A stretch of DNA of 59,356 bases, the filler included, from Candidatus Woesearchaeota archaeon CG1_02_57_44 (lineage in GTDB: Archaea > Nanobdellota > Nanobdellia > Woesearchaeales > CG1-02-57-44): the NCBI GenBank assembly GCA_001871415.1. It is 3 parts of 3 records of this genome, joined end to end, with 100 filler letters (N's around TTAATTAATTAA, not from the genome) between each part and the next. Parts side by side here need not be neighbours in the genome. Positions count along the whole stretch, not along the records: positions 1 to 26,192 come from MNWW01000011.1; 2 more parts are not named here. One strand, given 5' to 3'. The notes beneath the pieces were generated by a model. That model saw only the letters and a list, made by a program, of their open reading frames with translations. It searched no databases and had not been told where the DNA came from. The position numbers and the translations under genes are program-made. This document shows, piece after piece, positions 1 through 9,112 of the stretch. Within the stretch, counting starts at the first letter, position 1. Each line of letters opens with the position of its first letter.

Positions 1-97
1 GTGCTTTGCAATTCAAAAATCCGCCTGCAATGACGAGGCGCGGTAATACCGCGGCCTTCAGGCCGCGGTTAGCGCCGAGTGGCGGATTTTTGTTATT
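1..97 (+). repeat. Palindromic ~138-bp dispersed element, copy 1 (left part missing at window start)
   Basis: Near-identical to 26041-26137 and to the reverse complement of 33219-33315; ends in TGTTATT. Confidence 0.95.
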
Positions 98-337
98 GGC
101 TTTCGCGTGCCCTATATTACCACGGTTCTCTTCCCTAGTGGCAAAAGATATATATGGCCGGGCGCATTACACACGCCATCCGGAACGACTCCCGAGTGAT
201 ACCAAATAGGGTGTGTCGCGGGGAGTTCCCAGGCTGGCCTCATGTCAGGTGGTTTTATAGGGGTATAGGCGTATTGGGTGTCATAGGGTATTATGGGCGG
301 TGTCATGTCAGGGTCGGTCCCGGTGGTGGTGGAGCAC

Positions 338-631
338 ATGGATTACAAGAGCATCTTTGCGGCACGGCTTTCCGGCAAGCTTGAGCAGCTGCGCGGCGAA
401 TCACAGGCAACGCGTGAGATGCTCAGGATGGTCGCGTCTGACAAGGCCAGGCAGGGCCATTACAACCGCATCGGCGAGTCGGTCACCAGGATGCAGGATG
501 TCGTCAAGGGTCTCGAGCGTATCGACCTGCACGATGAGCTTATCGCGGAAGCTGCGCGAAAGCAGGTAGAGGCAATTGTCCGCCGGGCAGTACTCTTCGC
601 ACAGGAGGATGCACGCTATGGCGCTCGTTGA
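338..631 (+). CDS. Hypothetical helical protein
   Basis: ORF 293..631; ATG 338 follows GGTGGAG; stop overlaps next gene start. Confidence 0.55.
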   Translation: MDYKSIFAARLSGKLEQLRGESQATREMLRMVASDKARQGHYNRIGESVTRMQDVVKGLERIDLHDELIAEAARKQVEAIVRRAVLFAQEDARYGAR

Positions 632-1058
632 CTCTATCGCGGAAATCAAGCGCTACCTGGAGGCGCTGCAGCAAGTGCAGCAGAACCTTCGCAATGCGTT
701 CTTCATCGGTGATACCACAGCGCTGCTGGCCCTTGCCAAGCAGGGCGAGCTCATCCTCGACCAGATAGACAAGTGCATGACAAGCGTCGCAAGCGCTGAC
801 CAGGCAGATCTGCTCGTGCAGGAGAAGGCGCGTGAGCGTGTGCTGTTTTTGCTGCGCAAAGCGGATGAGCAACTGGCGCGTGAACATGGGCAGAATCAGG
901 CAGCGCAGTCGTTTGGCATGCCGTTCACGTCGAACCAACCGCAGGTGAAAGATCTTTCCCGTGATTACATCCCCTTCTCTGACGCTGGAAGCGATGCTTC
1001 CCTGGGCCAGGATTCGCGTACCTTGGGCCGCGAGCTTGGCGTCGACCGCGAGATGTAG
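618..1058 (+). CDS. Hypothetical helical protein
   Basis: ORF 576..1058; ATG 618 after GGAGG; amphipathic helical sequence. Confidence 0.6.
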   Translation: MALVDSIAEIKRYLEALQQVQQNLRNAFFIGDTTALLALAKQGELILDQIDKCMTSVASADQADLLVQEKARERVLFLLRKADEQLAREHGQNQAAQSFGMPFTSNQPQVKDLSRDYIPFSDAGSDASLGQDSRTLGRELGVDREM

Positions 1059-1178
1059 TCTGCTCCCTTTCTGTGGTTGTGTCCCCTGTGCTATCTCGTT
1101 TCCCTGTCCTTTCTCTTTTCTCCTCAGCGGTCCACGTATCCTCTGTTCTCATCCTCCACTGGCCAGATGGCCTTCAAG

Positions 1179-1185
1179 TATATAA
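1179..1185 (+). promoter_or_regulatory. TATA box for primase
   Basis: TATATAA about 26 nt upstream of ATG 1211 in a GC-rich background. Confidence 0.55.
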
Positions 1186-1210
1186 TGGGAAAGCTCTTTC
1201 CCAATGGCAT

Positions 1211-3079
1211 ATGAGCGGTTCACAACCTGATGACGCGTCCATCTCTGGTCGAGCTACGATGTCCTCTCCTGCCGGGGCATCCCCTGCTGTTCCATCTCCT
1301 GTCCAGACGCCGACCCTGCACATCAGCCGGGTGCTCAGGCACTATAAGCGTCCGGACGTGCAGGAGAAGATGCTCGCGGCAGCGTCAGGCAGGGAGATAG
1401 GACTCCGGTTCGGCACCGGTGGCTTTGGCAAGCGCCCGGATGTGCTCAATTTCTCCGGTGACATCATGGCAGCGGTGGCGCAGGGAGCGACGAGTTTTCA
1501 CACCAGCGAAGAGCGCTGGCATAACCCGCTTGACATCCGCACCGAGATGACGCGACGCGAGCAGGACGAGCTTCGCAGCGGCTGGGATTTGGTGCTCGAC
1601 ATCGACTGCCCCATCTTCGAGTACTCGCGCATCGCAGCAGAGCTTTGCGTCGCGGTGCTGCGCGACCATGGCGTCGAGCCTGCGGTCAAGTTCTCGGGCA
1701 ACAAGGGATTCCACATCGCGGTCCCCTGGGAGAGCTTTCCATCGAGCATCGGCAACAAGCAAACCAGCAGGCTGTTTCCTGAAGCGCCGCGCATCATCGC
1801 ATCCTATATCAAGGAGCTTATCGCGGAGCCGCTGGCCGGGCGCATCATGGAGATGGACGGCATCGACGGTGTCAAGGCAAAGACGGGCAAGAGTTTCGCT
1901 GAGCTCACGGTGAAGCAGGAGGGCATGGATGTGCTCAACACGGACGCGTTCCTAGAGATCGATACCGTGCTGCTGGCGAGCAGGCATCTGTATCGCATGC
2001 CCTATAGCCTGCACGAGAAGAGCGGGCTGGTCAGCACTCCCATCAACCCTGACAAGGTCGGAAAGTTCAAGCGCGAGATGGCAGCAATAGAACGCTTCAA
2101 GGTCAGTGATTTTGATTTTCCGGGAACAGGGACGCCGATGCAGGCAGAGGTATTGCTCAAAGCGGCGTATGAGCGTGACTCATTCAACAAGGCCGCCGCG
2201 AGCAGTCTATTACAGCAGGCAGGGCAAACAGGGGAGTGGAAGCCTATCGGCGCCAAGATGCCATTGGAGACATTTCCGCCGTGCATCCATTTCATCCTCA
2301 ACGGCATCGAAGATGGCAGGAAGCGCGCGGTGTTCGTGCTGCTCAATTTCCTGACGACAGCGGGGTGGAATGAGCAGGAGGTCCGCTCGCTACTTGCCGA
2401 GTGGAACCAGAAGAATCCTGAACCGCTGCGTGAGCAGCTCATCGAAGGCCAGGTGCGCTATCACTTCGCGAACCTGGGCGGTGACGAGCGGTTCCCCGGT
2501 ACGGGGAGCAGTGGGGGTGCTGATGCTGGTGGATCAGCGACAGGACCGGGGGCCGGATTGGGCGCGGGCCCGGGCAACAGCGGCTATGAGATACGCCCAC
2601 CGCCCAACTGCGCGAACGAAGGCTACTACCCCAGCATGGGCGCTTGCCACCCCGACGATATCTGCAGGACATGGCACGTCAAGAACCCTGCGTCGTATGT
2701 CCGGATACGCAAGCGCCAGATGCAGCGAGCGGGTATTATGGCCGGAGAAGGGAAATCACAGGAAGGAAAAGAAGCCTTGCAAGAGGGGCAGGAAGAGAAG
2801 GGATCAACGGAGCAGAAAGAGGGGGAACAGAACGCTGACGGGAAGAACCTGGATGGCGCTGGGTCGGCATCTGCAGCGGGCGATGGCGTTCAGGTCAATG
2901 ATGGAACAAAAGGAACCACGGTCGGAAAGAAGGGCGCAGATGGCGTGAAAAAGTCAAAACGGGCGCGCAAACCCTCGCGCAAGCCCAGGGGTAAACAGCC
3001 CAAAGGAGCTGCTGATGGCAATGATGTCCCTGACGCCACGGTCCTTGCTATGAATACGGATGGAAATAGGAGTGATTAA
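1211..3079 (+). CDS. priSL: Fused DNA primase PriS-PriL (DPANN type)
   Basis: AEP motifs WDLVLDID, KFSGNKGFH, RMPYSLHEKSG; PriL Fe-S cysteines FPPCI..PPNC..GAC..DIC; start chosen by TATA spacing. Confidence 0.92.
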   Translation: MSGSQPDDASISGRATMSSPAGASPAVPSPVQTPTLHISRVLRHYKRPDVQEKMLAAASGREIGLRFGTGGFGKRPDVLNFSGDIMAAVAQGATSFHTSEERWHNPLDIRTEMTRREQDELRSGWDLVLDIDCPIFEYSRIAAELCVAVLRDHGVEPAVKFSGNKGFHIAVPWESFPSSIGNKQTSRLFPEAPRIIASYIKELIAEPLAGRIMEMDGIDGVKAKTGKSFAELTVKQEGMDVLNTDAFLEIDTVLLASRHLYRMPYSLHEKSGLVSTPINPDKVGKFKREMAAIERFKVSDFDFPGTGTPMQAEVLLKAAYERDSFNKAAASSLLQQAGQTGEWKPIGAKMPLETFPPCIHFILNGIEDGRKRAVFVLLNFLTTAGWNEQEVRSLLAEWNQKNPEPLREQLIEGQVRYHFANLGGDERFPGTGSSGGADAGGSATGPGAGLGAGPGNSGYEIRPPPNCANEGYYPSMGACHPDDICRTWHVKNPASYVRIRKRQMQRAGIMAGEGKSQEGKEALQEGQEEKGSTEQKEGEQNADGKNLDGAGSASAAGDGVQVNDGTKGTTVGKKGADGVKKSKRARKPSRKPRGKQPKGAADGNDVPDATVLAMNTDGNRSD

Positions 3080-3199
3080 GGTGGATACGCAACTTGGATA
3101 CGCAACTGCTTGCGACTTCTTCTGATGCTCCTATCGCGGTAATTTGTGCATTTCGCCGCGATTTGCCATCCCTTGGCAATGGAGAAGCTTGCCGATAAG

Positions 3200-3207
3200 T
3201 TTAAAAA
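3200..3207 (+). promoter_or_regulatory. BRE/TATA promoter of the ribosomal superoperon
   Basis: CGATAAG-TTTAAAAA upstream of the L3 leader. Confidence 0.6.
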
Positions 3208-3229
3208 GAAACCTCTTTTTCCGGGAAAA

Positions 3230-3455
3230 GCCCTGACAGGGCGGCAGTATTTAGAAAACGGCCAACGACGCCTGAAACCATCAGAAACGATGGTCTGAGG
3301 GGTTTGCCCGTAAATACTGATGTAGAAGGCCTGGGCGCAGCAGCGCGCCAGTACCGTGCAAGCAGCGATAACGCATTCTATGCGACGTTGATGCATTGTA
3401 TCTGGTTCTGTCGCGTCCGTTTCGCTCCGGCGTATCAGCTGGCCTTCTGCAGGAG
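3230..3455 (+). promoter_or_regulatory. Candidate structured 5' leader (r-leader) of the L3 operon
   Basis: Stems 3245-3253/3311-3319, 3277-3282/3289-3294 and 3322-3331/3441-3450, the last abutting RBS AGGAG. Confidence 0.5.
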
Positions 3456-3461
3456 ATTACA

Positions 3462-4442
3462 ATGCCAAAGACGAGAAAGCCGAGGAGTGGAAGCCTGCAG
3501 TACTGGCCAAGAGTCCGGGCTAATCGTCCCTACGCGCGCATCAGGCAGTGGTCTAGCAAAGTGCTCACGGCCGGCAAGCCCGCGGGGTTCGCGGGCTTCA
3601 AAGCAGGCATGACGCACGTCATGCTCACAGACAATCGCACCAACAGCAAGACCAAGGGCATGGACATCTGCGTTCCGGTCACTATCATCGAATGCCCGCC
3701 TATAAAGGTCATGGGCGTCAGATTCTACAAGAAGGATGCGTACGGCAAGAGCGCTGCCATGGATGTCCTGGCCAAGCTGGACAAAGACGTGCTGCGCAAG
3801 GTACCCAAGAACAACAAGACGCACACGTTGCCAGAGACCACCGACGGCGTCGTTGAGCTGCGCCTGCTCGTGCACACCAAGCCCAGCCAGACAGGCATCG
3901 GCCAGAAGAAGCCGGCGATCTTCGAGCTCGCCATGGGAGGCAGCATCGATGAGCAGCTCGCCTATGCCAAGGAAAAGCTTGGCAAAGACATCACCATCCA
4001 GGACGTGTTCGCCGAGGGTGACATGCTCGACATCCACTCGGTCACCAAGGGCAAGGGTTTCCAGGGTCCGGTCAAGCGCTTCGGTGTGACGCTACGCAAC
4101 CACAAGAGCGAAAAGGTCATCCGCGGGCCAGGCAACCTGGGCGCATGGTCTCCGGGGCACGGCAACTTCTACGTCGCGCACGCAGGTCAGATGGGCTATC
4201 ACGCCCGCACTGAGCGCAACAAACACCTTCTCAAGATAACTCCTGCATCTGAATCATCATCACTCGCCCCTCAAGGCGGCTTTCTTCGCTATGGCATCCC
4301 AAAGTGCGATTGCATCCTGGTCAAGGGCAGTCTGCCAGGAACGACCAAGCGCCTCATCATCCTCACCACGGCGGAGCGCGCCAAGCAGCATCAGGCGCCA
4401 AGCATCACCCTCATAAGCAGACATTCGCCACAGGGACGGTAA
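3462..4442 (+). CDS. rpl3: 50S ribosomal protein uL3
   Basis: PRSGSLQYWPRVRA, GFKAGMTH, KGKGFQGPVKRFG; RBS AGGAG. Confidence 0.98.
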   Translation: MPKTRKPRSGSLQYWPRVRANRPYARIRQWSSKVLTAGKPAGFAGFKAGMTHVMLTDNRTNSKTKGMDICVPVTIIECPPIKVMGVRFYKKDAYGKSAAMDVLAKLDKDVLRKVPKNNKTHTLPETTDGVVELRLLVHTKPSQTGIGQKKPAIFELAMGGSIDEQLAYAKEKLGKDITIQDVFAEGDMLDIHSVTKGKGFQGPVKRFGVTLRNHKSEKVIRGPGNLGAWSPGHGNFYVAHAGQMGYHARTERNKHLLKITPASESSSLAPQGGFLRYGIPKCDCILVKGSLPGTTKRLIILTTAERAKQHQAPSITLISRHSPQGR

Positions 4443-4470
4443 CTATCACACAGACGATCAAACGGACTGA

Positions 4471-5235
4471 ATGACCATGAAACTTCCCCTACTCGGCACG
4501 GATGGCAAGGAACAGGGCAGCGTCACGCTCCCCGCGCAGTTCCAGGAGCCCATCAACGCCGCACTGGTAAAGAAGGCCGTGCTGGCGACAGAGTCACGCC
4601 AGCGTCAACCATACGGATCCAGCCCTGAAGCGGGCATGCAGCAGAGTACCAAGCTCTCGCGCAGGCGCCGCGACTACAAGGGGTCCTACGGTCATGGCAT
4701 CTCTCGCGTCCCGCGCAAGGTCATGAGCGGCAAGGGCTCACGCCTGTACTGGGTCGGCGCTCTCGCTCCTGGCACTGTCGGAGGCCGCAGGGCACATCCA
4801 CCAAAATCATTCAAGAACTGGGCGCACAAGATAAATGTCAAGGAGCGACGCAAAGCCATCAGGTCCGCCATCGCCGCGACGGTGCAGATTGAACTTGTGA
4901 AGGCCAATGGTCATAAGGTCCCCAAGGTATATCCCTTTATCTTCGTCACTGACATCGAGGCTATGGCCAAGACCGCTGATGTCGTCAAGGCGCTGCAAGC
5001 AGCGGGGCTCAAGGATGAGCTCGCCCGCATCACGACCAAGGGATTCGGCAAAGGGCCATTGCTCGTCGTCTCCGGCCCCTGCAAGGCCATCCGTGCGGCG
5101 CGCAACATCAAGGGCGTCGACGTGGTGACGGTCAAGCAGCTCAACGCGCAGGTGCTCGCGCCTTCACGCAACCCCGGCAGGCTCACTATCTTCACCAAGA
5201 CAGCAATCGAGGCCATGGAGGGCCTCTTCGCGTGA
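4471..5235 (+). CDS. rpl4: 50S ribosomal protein uL4
   Basis: GHGISRVPR, GGRRAHPPK, KINVKERRKA, PGRLTIFT. Confidence 0.97.
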   Translation: MTMKLPLLGTDGKEQGSVTLPAQFQEPINAALVKKAVLATESRQRQPYGSSPEAGMQQSTKLSRRRRDYKGSYGHGISRVPRKVMSGKGSRLYWVGALAPGTVGGRRAHPPKSFKNWAHKINVKERRKAIRSAIAATVQIELVKANGHKVPKVYPFIFVTDIEAMAKTADVVKALQAAGLKDELARITTKGFGKGPLLVVSGPCKAIRAARNIKGVDVVTVKQLNAQVLAPSRNPGRLTIFTKTAIEAMEGLFA

Positions 5236-5240
5236 TCACC

Positions 5241-5513
5241 ATGGCACACTCACCTGACGTCACCCTGAGCATCATCAAGTATCCGCTCAGCACGGAAAAA
5301 GCCATCAGGCAGATGGAATCAGAGAACAAGATGGTCTTCATCGTGCAGTCAGGCGTTTCCCGCCAGGTCATCAGGCAGGCCATCGAGACGGGCTTCAACG
5401 CGAAGGTCGTCTCCGTGAACCTGCACACCATGAAGGGCCAGCGCCGCGCGTACGTCAAGTTCGCCGACGAGACGCCTGCCATCGACATCGCCACGAAGCT
5501 TGGTATCATGTAA
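5241..5513 (+). CDS. rpl23: 50S ribosomal protein uL23
   Basis: IIKYPLSTEKA..ENKMVFIV..AYVKF..DIATKLGIM; operon position. Confidence 0.97.
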   Translation: MAHSPDVTLSIIKYPLSTEKAIRQMESENKMVFIVQSGVSRQVIRQAIETGFNAKVVSVNLHTMKGQRRAYVKFADETPAIDIATKLGIM

Positions 5514-5569
5514 GTAGACGGGAACAACAGCACGATCAAACACCCATAACGATCATCGCGTGAACAACC

Positions 5570-6283
5570 ATGCCAAAGAACCTCATCCAACAAAAGCGCG
5601 GAAAAGGCAGCCTGAGCTACCGCTCCCCGAGCCATCGCTTCGGCGCTGACATCAAGCACCGCGCTCTCTCCACGGACACGCATACGGGCACGGTCATGGA
5701 CATCGTGCACAGCCCAGGCCACAGCAGTCCGCTCTGCAAGATACGCTACGCGGACGGAACCGACGTCATCACGGTCGCGACCGACGGCATCTTTGTCAAG
5801 CAGCAGGTCGTGAACGGAGCTGACGCAGAAGTCAAGAGCGGCAACACCCTCCCGCTCTCTGCCATCCCTGACGGAACACTCATCTGCAATATCGAAGGCC
5901 TGCCGGGCGACGGCGGTAAGTTCGTGCGCAGCAGCGGCGGCACAGCAAAAGTCATCAGCCACACGGTCAAGGGCGTGGTCATCACCATGCCCAGCAAGAA
6001 GCAGCGCACCTTCCTGCCCAGCTGCAGGGCGACCATCGGCGTCGCCGCGGGCAGCGGACGCAGAGAGAAACCGTTCCTGAAGGCAGGACGCAAGCACCAC
6101 GCCATGAAGGCCCGCAACAAGATGTGGCCCACGGTCAGCGGCGCTGCCATGAACGCGCTCAGCCACCCGCTGGGCGGCTCACGATCATCACGCAAAGGAA
6201 GGCCCACGATCGCGCCAAAGAACGCGCCGCCGGGCCGCAAGGTAGGCATGATACGCCCGAGGCATACGGGCAGGAACAAGTGA
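5570..6283 (+). CDS. rpl2: 50S ribosomal protein uL2
   Basis: GDGGKFVRSSG, AMNALSHPLGG, APPGRKVG. Confidence 0.98.
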   Translation: MPKNLIQQKRGKGSLSYRSPSHRFGADIKHRALSTDTHTGTVMDIVHSPGHSSPLCKIRYADGTDVITVATDGIFVKQQVVNGADAEVKSGNTLPLSAIPDGTLICNIEGLPGDGGKFVRSSGGTAKVISHTVKGVVITMPSKKQRTFLPSCRATIGVAAGSGRREKPFLKAGRKHHAMKARNKMWPTVSGAAMNALSHPLGGSRSSRKGRPTIAPKNAPPGRKVGMIRPRHTGRNK

Positions 6284-6290
6284 TACTCCC

Positions 6291-6671
6291 ATGGCAAAAG
6301 AAAGCACCTATCGGGGAAAGACCGCAGAAGAGCTCGCAGGAATGAGCCGTGACCAGGTCGTCGCGATGCTCACTGCGCGCGAGCGCCGCGCTGTCAAGCG
6401 TGGCATGAGCGAGCCGGCCAAGAAGCTCTACCGCCGCGTCGCGAAGGGCGAGAGCAATATCAAGACCCATGCCCGCGAGGCGGTCATCCTCCCTGAGCTG
6501 CTTGGCCACACCATCGGTGTGCACAACGGCAAGGAGTTCACGAAGGTCACCATCACCATCGACATGATTGGCTATCGGCTCGGCGAGTTCGCGCTCACGC
6601 GAAGGCGCGTCGGGCACAGCTCTCCAGGAGTAGGCGCGACGAGAAGCAGCAGCGCCATATCGGTGAGGTAA
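6291..6671 (+). CDS. rps19: 30S ribosomal protein uS19
   Basis: VHNGKEF, MIGYRLGEFALTR, PGVGATRSS. Confidence 0.98.
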   Translation: MAKESTYRGKTAEELAGMSRDQVVAMLTARERRAVKRGMSEPAKKLYRRVAKGESNIKTHAREAVILPELLGHTIGVHNGKEFTKVTITIDMIGYRLGEFALTRRRVGHSSPGVGATRSSSAISVR

Positions 6672-7463
6672 ATGGAAACAGCAGTAGCACGCGGCGTCGA
6701 CGTCCCCGTCAGCTTCAAGCACTGCGTGGAGATATCCAATCACCTGCGCGGCAGGAGCGTCGTCTCCGCCAAGCGCATCCTAGAAGAGGCCATCAGCATG
6801 TCGCGCGCGATCCCCTTCACGCGCTTCAACGGCGACGTGGGCCATAAGCCAGGCATCGCCGCTGGACGCTACCCTATCAAGGCCAGCAAAGCCGTGCTCG
6901 CGTTGCTCGAGTCAGCGGAAGCCAATGCCATCCACAAGGGCATGAATGGCGACGCGCTCAAGATAGTGGTCATGGTCGCGAATCTCGCTGCTAGGCCGCA
7001 TCGCCCCGGCAGAAAAAGGCGTGTGCAGCACAAGCGCACCCACCTGCTCGTCGAAGTGGTCGAGGATGAAGAGGTAGCGGCAAAGGCCAGCAAGGCAGCG
7101 CCCAAGCGCGACGACGCCAAGACCAAGAAGGCAGTTGTCAAGGGAGGCAAGGCAGCAGAGAAGAACCCCTCGGTGAAGACTCCCCCAGCGAAGGCGCCAG
7201 CCAAGGTCGTCGATGCTGTTAAGCCTGCTGCCGCGGAGAAGGCAGAGGTCACAGAGAAGGTCGGGGAAGCAGAGAAGGAAAAAACGCCCGTCGCGGCAAA
7301 GAAAGCCACCAAGGACGCGAAGGACACTACCGATACTACGGTCACTACGACCACATCAACCAAACCAGGGAACGCGGATATCGCAAAGACGGGCGCTGAG
7401 AAAGCGCAGGCCGCCCCTGCTGCGAAAGATACGGATACTAAGGACACCAGTGATGCTCAATGA
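6672..7463 (+). CDS. rpl22: 50S ribosomal protein uL22 with ~130-aa Ala/Lys/Thr tail
   Basis: SFKHCVEI, GRYPIKA, SAEANA..KG core followed by a low-complexity C-terminus. Confidence 0.96.
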   Translation: METAVARGVDVPVSFKHCVEISNHLRGRSVVSAKRILEEAISMSRAIPFTRFNGDVGHKPGIAAGRYPIKASKAVLALLESAEANAIHKGMNGDALKIVVMVANLAARPHRPGRKRRVQHKRTHLLVEVVEDEEVAAKASKAAPKRDDAKTKKAVVKGGKAAEKNPSVKTPPAKAPAKVVDAVKPAAAEKAEVTEKVGEAEKEKTPVAAKKATKDAKDTTDTTVTTTTSTKPGNADIAKTGAEKAQAAPAAKDTDTKDTSDAQ

Positions 7464-8437
7464 TAGAACGCCAGTTCGTCGAGAAGAAACTCAAGGAATT
7501 CGAGGTACAAGAATTCATCGCCGAGAACCTCAAGCGCGTCGGTCACAGTCACACCACGCTCACGCGCACGCCTATGGGCGAGCGCATCGTCATCCACGCC
7601 AGCAAGCCAGGACTTGTTGTCGGACGCAAGGGGCAGAACATCAAGACCTTGACCAAGACGCTCAAGACCCGCTTTAAGCTGGACAACCCACAGATAGAGA
7701 TAGCCGAAGTCGAGAATGGCAACCTTAATCCCACTATCCTCGCTGAGCGCATCGCCAACACGCTTGAGCGCTTCGGCCCTAATCGCTTCAAGGGCATCGG
7801 TCATCGCACCATCGCGGATGTCATGTCCTCAGGCGCCATCGGCATCGAAGTGCTCATCAGCGGCAAGATACCATCCGCCAGGGCACGCAGGTGGCGCTTT
7901 TACCAGGGTTACCTCAAGAAGTCCGGCGATCTCGCGGTCACCGGAGTCCTGAAAGCATATTCCACAGCCAAACTCAAGACCGGCACGGTAGGCATCCAAG
8001 TGCGCATCATGCCGCCAGACCTCGAGCTTCCGGACAAGGTCGAGCTGTTCGACGAGCCAGTCATGGAGACCGAAGGCACGGATGAGGAGCTCATCGCGGA
8101 TGAGAACGATGATCCGATGACCACGGCAACGGCGGATACCAAGTCTGACGGGAAGAAAGATACCAGCGTTCCTGTCGCCAAGCAGACAGCCAAGCCAGCC
8201 GCAGCGAAGCGTCCAGCGACCAGGAAGAAGAAAGCAACGCCAAAGCCGGCAAGCAAGCCGACGCCAAAGGCAGCTGACACAAATGATGCTGCTGGCACTG
8301 CGACTGCGACCAAGGCCGCTGACGCGTCATCGGCATCACCTGGCGATACTGCCCCCCCAGGCAATACTACCCCCCCAGGCAATACTACCCATAACGATAC
8401 AACCACGGACCTGACGGAGGCCTCTGATGAAAGCTAA
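7460..8437 (+). CDS. rps3: 30S ribosomal protein uS3 with ~125-aa tail
   Basis: KPGLVVGRKG KH motif, ISGKI, GYLKKSG, KTGTVGIQVRIMPP. Confidence 0.97.
   Translation: MIERQFVEKKLKEFEVQEFIAENLKRVGHSHTTLTRTPMGERIVIHASKPGLVVGRKGQNIKTLTKTLKTRFKLDNPQIEIAEVENGNLNPTILAERIANTLERFGPNRFKGIGHRTIADVMSSGAIGIEVLISGKIPSARARRWRFYQGYLKKSGDLAVTGVLKAYSTAKLKTGTVGIQVRIMPPDLELPDKVELFDEPVMETEGTDEELIADENDDPMTTATADTKSDGKKDTSVPVAKQTAKPAAAKRPATRKKKATPKPASKPTPKAADTNDAAGTATATKAADASSASPGDTAPPGNTTPPGNTTHNDTTTDLTEASDES
8342..8395 (+). repeat. 18-nt tandem repeat (about 3 units, GNTTPP) in the uS3 tail
   Basis: ggcgatactgccccccca / ggcaatactaccccccca / ggcaatactacccataac. Confidence 0.85.
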
Positions 8438-8813
8438 AGAGCTGCGTCAACTTCAGAGCGATGAGCTGGACAAGATGGTGCGGGACATGCAGGCGGAGCT
8501 CGTGCAGCTGCGAAATCAAGTGAGCCGCGGCACCACGCTCAAGTCCCCGGCGCGCGTTCGCGAACTGCGAAGAGGCATCGCAAGGATAATCACCCTCAAG
8601 CGCGAGCAGGCAGGCGTGAAGGCAACGTTCGATCCTGTCAAGAGAACCCCGAAGAAGGTCGGAACCGCGAAGGCGAAGAAAAAACCACAGGCAATCAAAC
8701 AGAGCAAGAGCGCGCAGAAGAACGAGACTGCATCATCATCAGCGCCCGTATCAACTCCATCATCATCAACAGGCAAGCAGACCGCGGCAGCAAGCCCGGC
8801 CACAACGGAGTGA
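8427..8813 (+). CDS. rpl29: 50S ribosomal protein uL29 with basic tail
   Basis: MKAKELR..ELRRGIARIIT; operon position. Confidence 0.94.
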   Translation: MKAKELRQLQSDELDKMVRDMQAELVQLRNQVSRGTTLKSPARVRELRRGIARIITLKREQAGVKATFDPVKRTPKKVGTAKAKKKPQAIKQSKSAQKNETASSSAPVSTPSSSTGKQTAAASPATTE

Positions 8814-9112
8814 GCATGCATGAAAAACTACTCGCAGGAGAGATTGTCGGCTGTCCTGTCAAGGTCCTATCCGGTACCCACGCGGGGCACGCAGGCGATG
8901 TCATCGATGAGACCATGCAGCTGCTCATCATCCGCACGTCAGCGGGCGTCCGTCGCGCGCATAAGCGCGGCAGCGTCTTTTCGCTGCGCATCAATGGAGA
9001 GAACATTACCATCGAAGGTGAATCACTGTGCCTAAGACCCAAGGAACGGACCAAAGCGCTTCTGCAAAGAAGGCCGAGCAGACACAACCCGCTTACGCAG
9101 AGGAGACCATGA
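8810..9112 (+). CDS. rnp1: RNase P protein subunit Rpp29
   Basis: EIVG..V..G.VIDET..L..IEGESL.LRPKER; position between L29 and S17. Confidence 0.88.
   Translation: MSMHEKLLAGEIVGCPVKVLSGTHAGHAGDVIDETMQLLIIRTSAGVRRAHKRGSVFSLRINGENITIEGESLCLRPKERTKALLQRRPSRHNPLTQRRP

Noticed and set aside
6..209. ORFs 6..209 and 33110..33310 sharing the N-terminus MQFKNPPAMTRRG
   Set aside because: Translation of the palindromic repeat from a TTG; sequences diverge right at the element end
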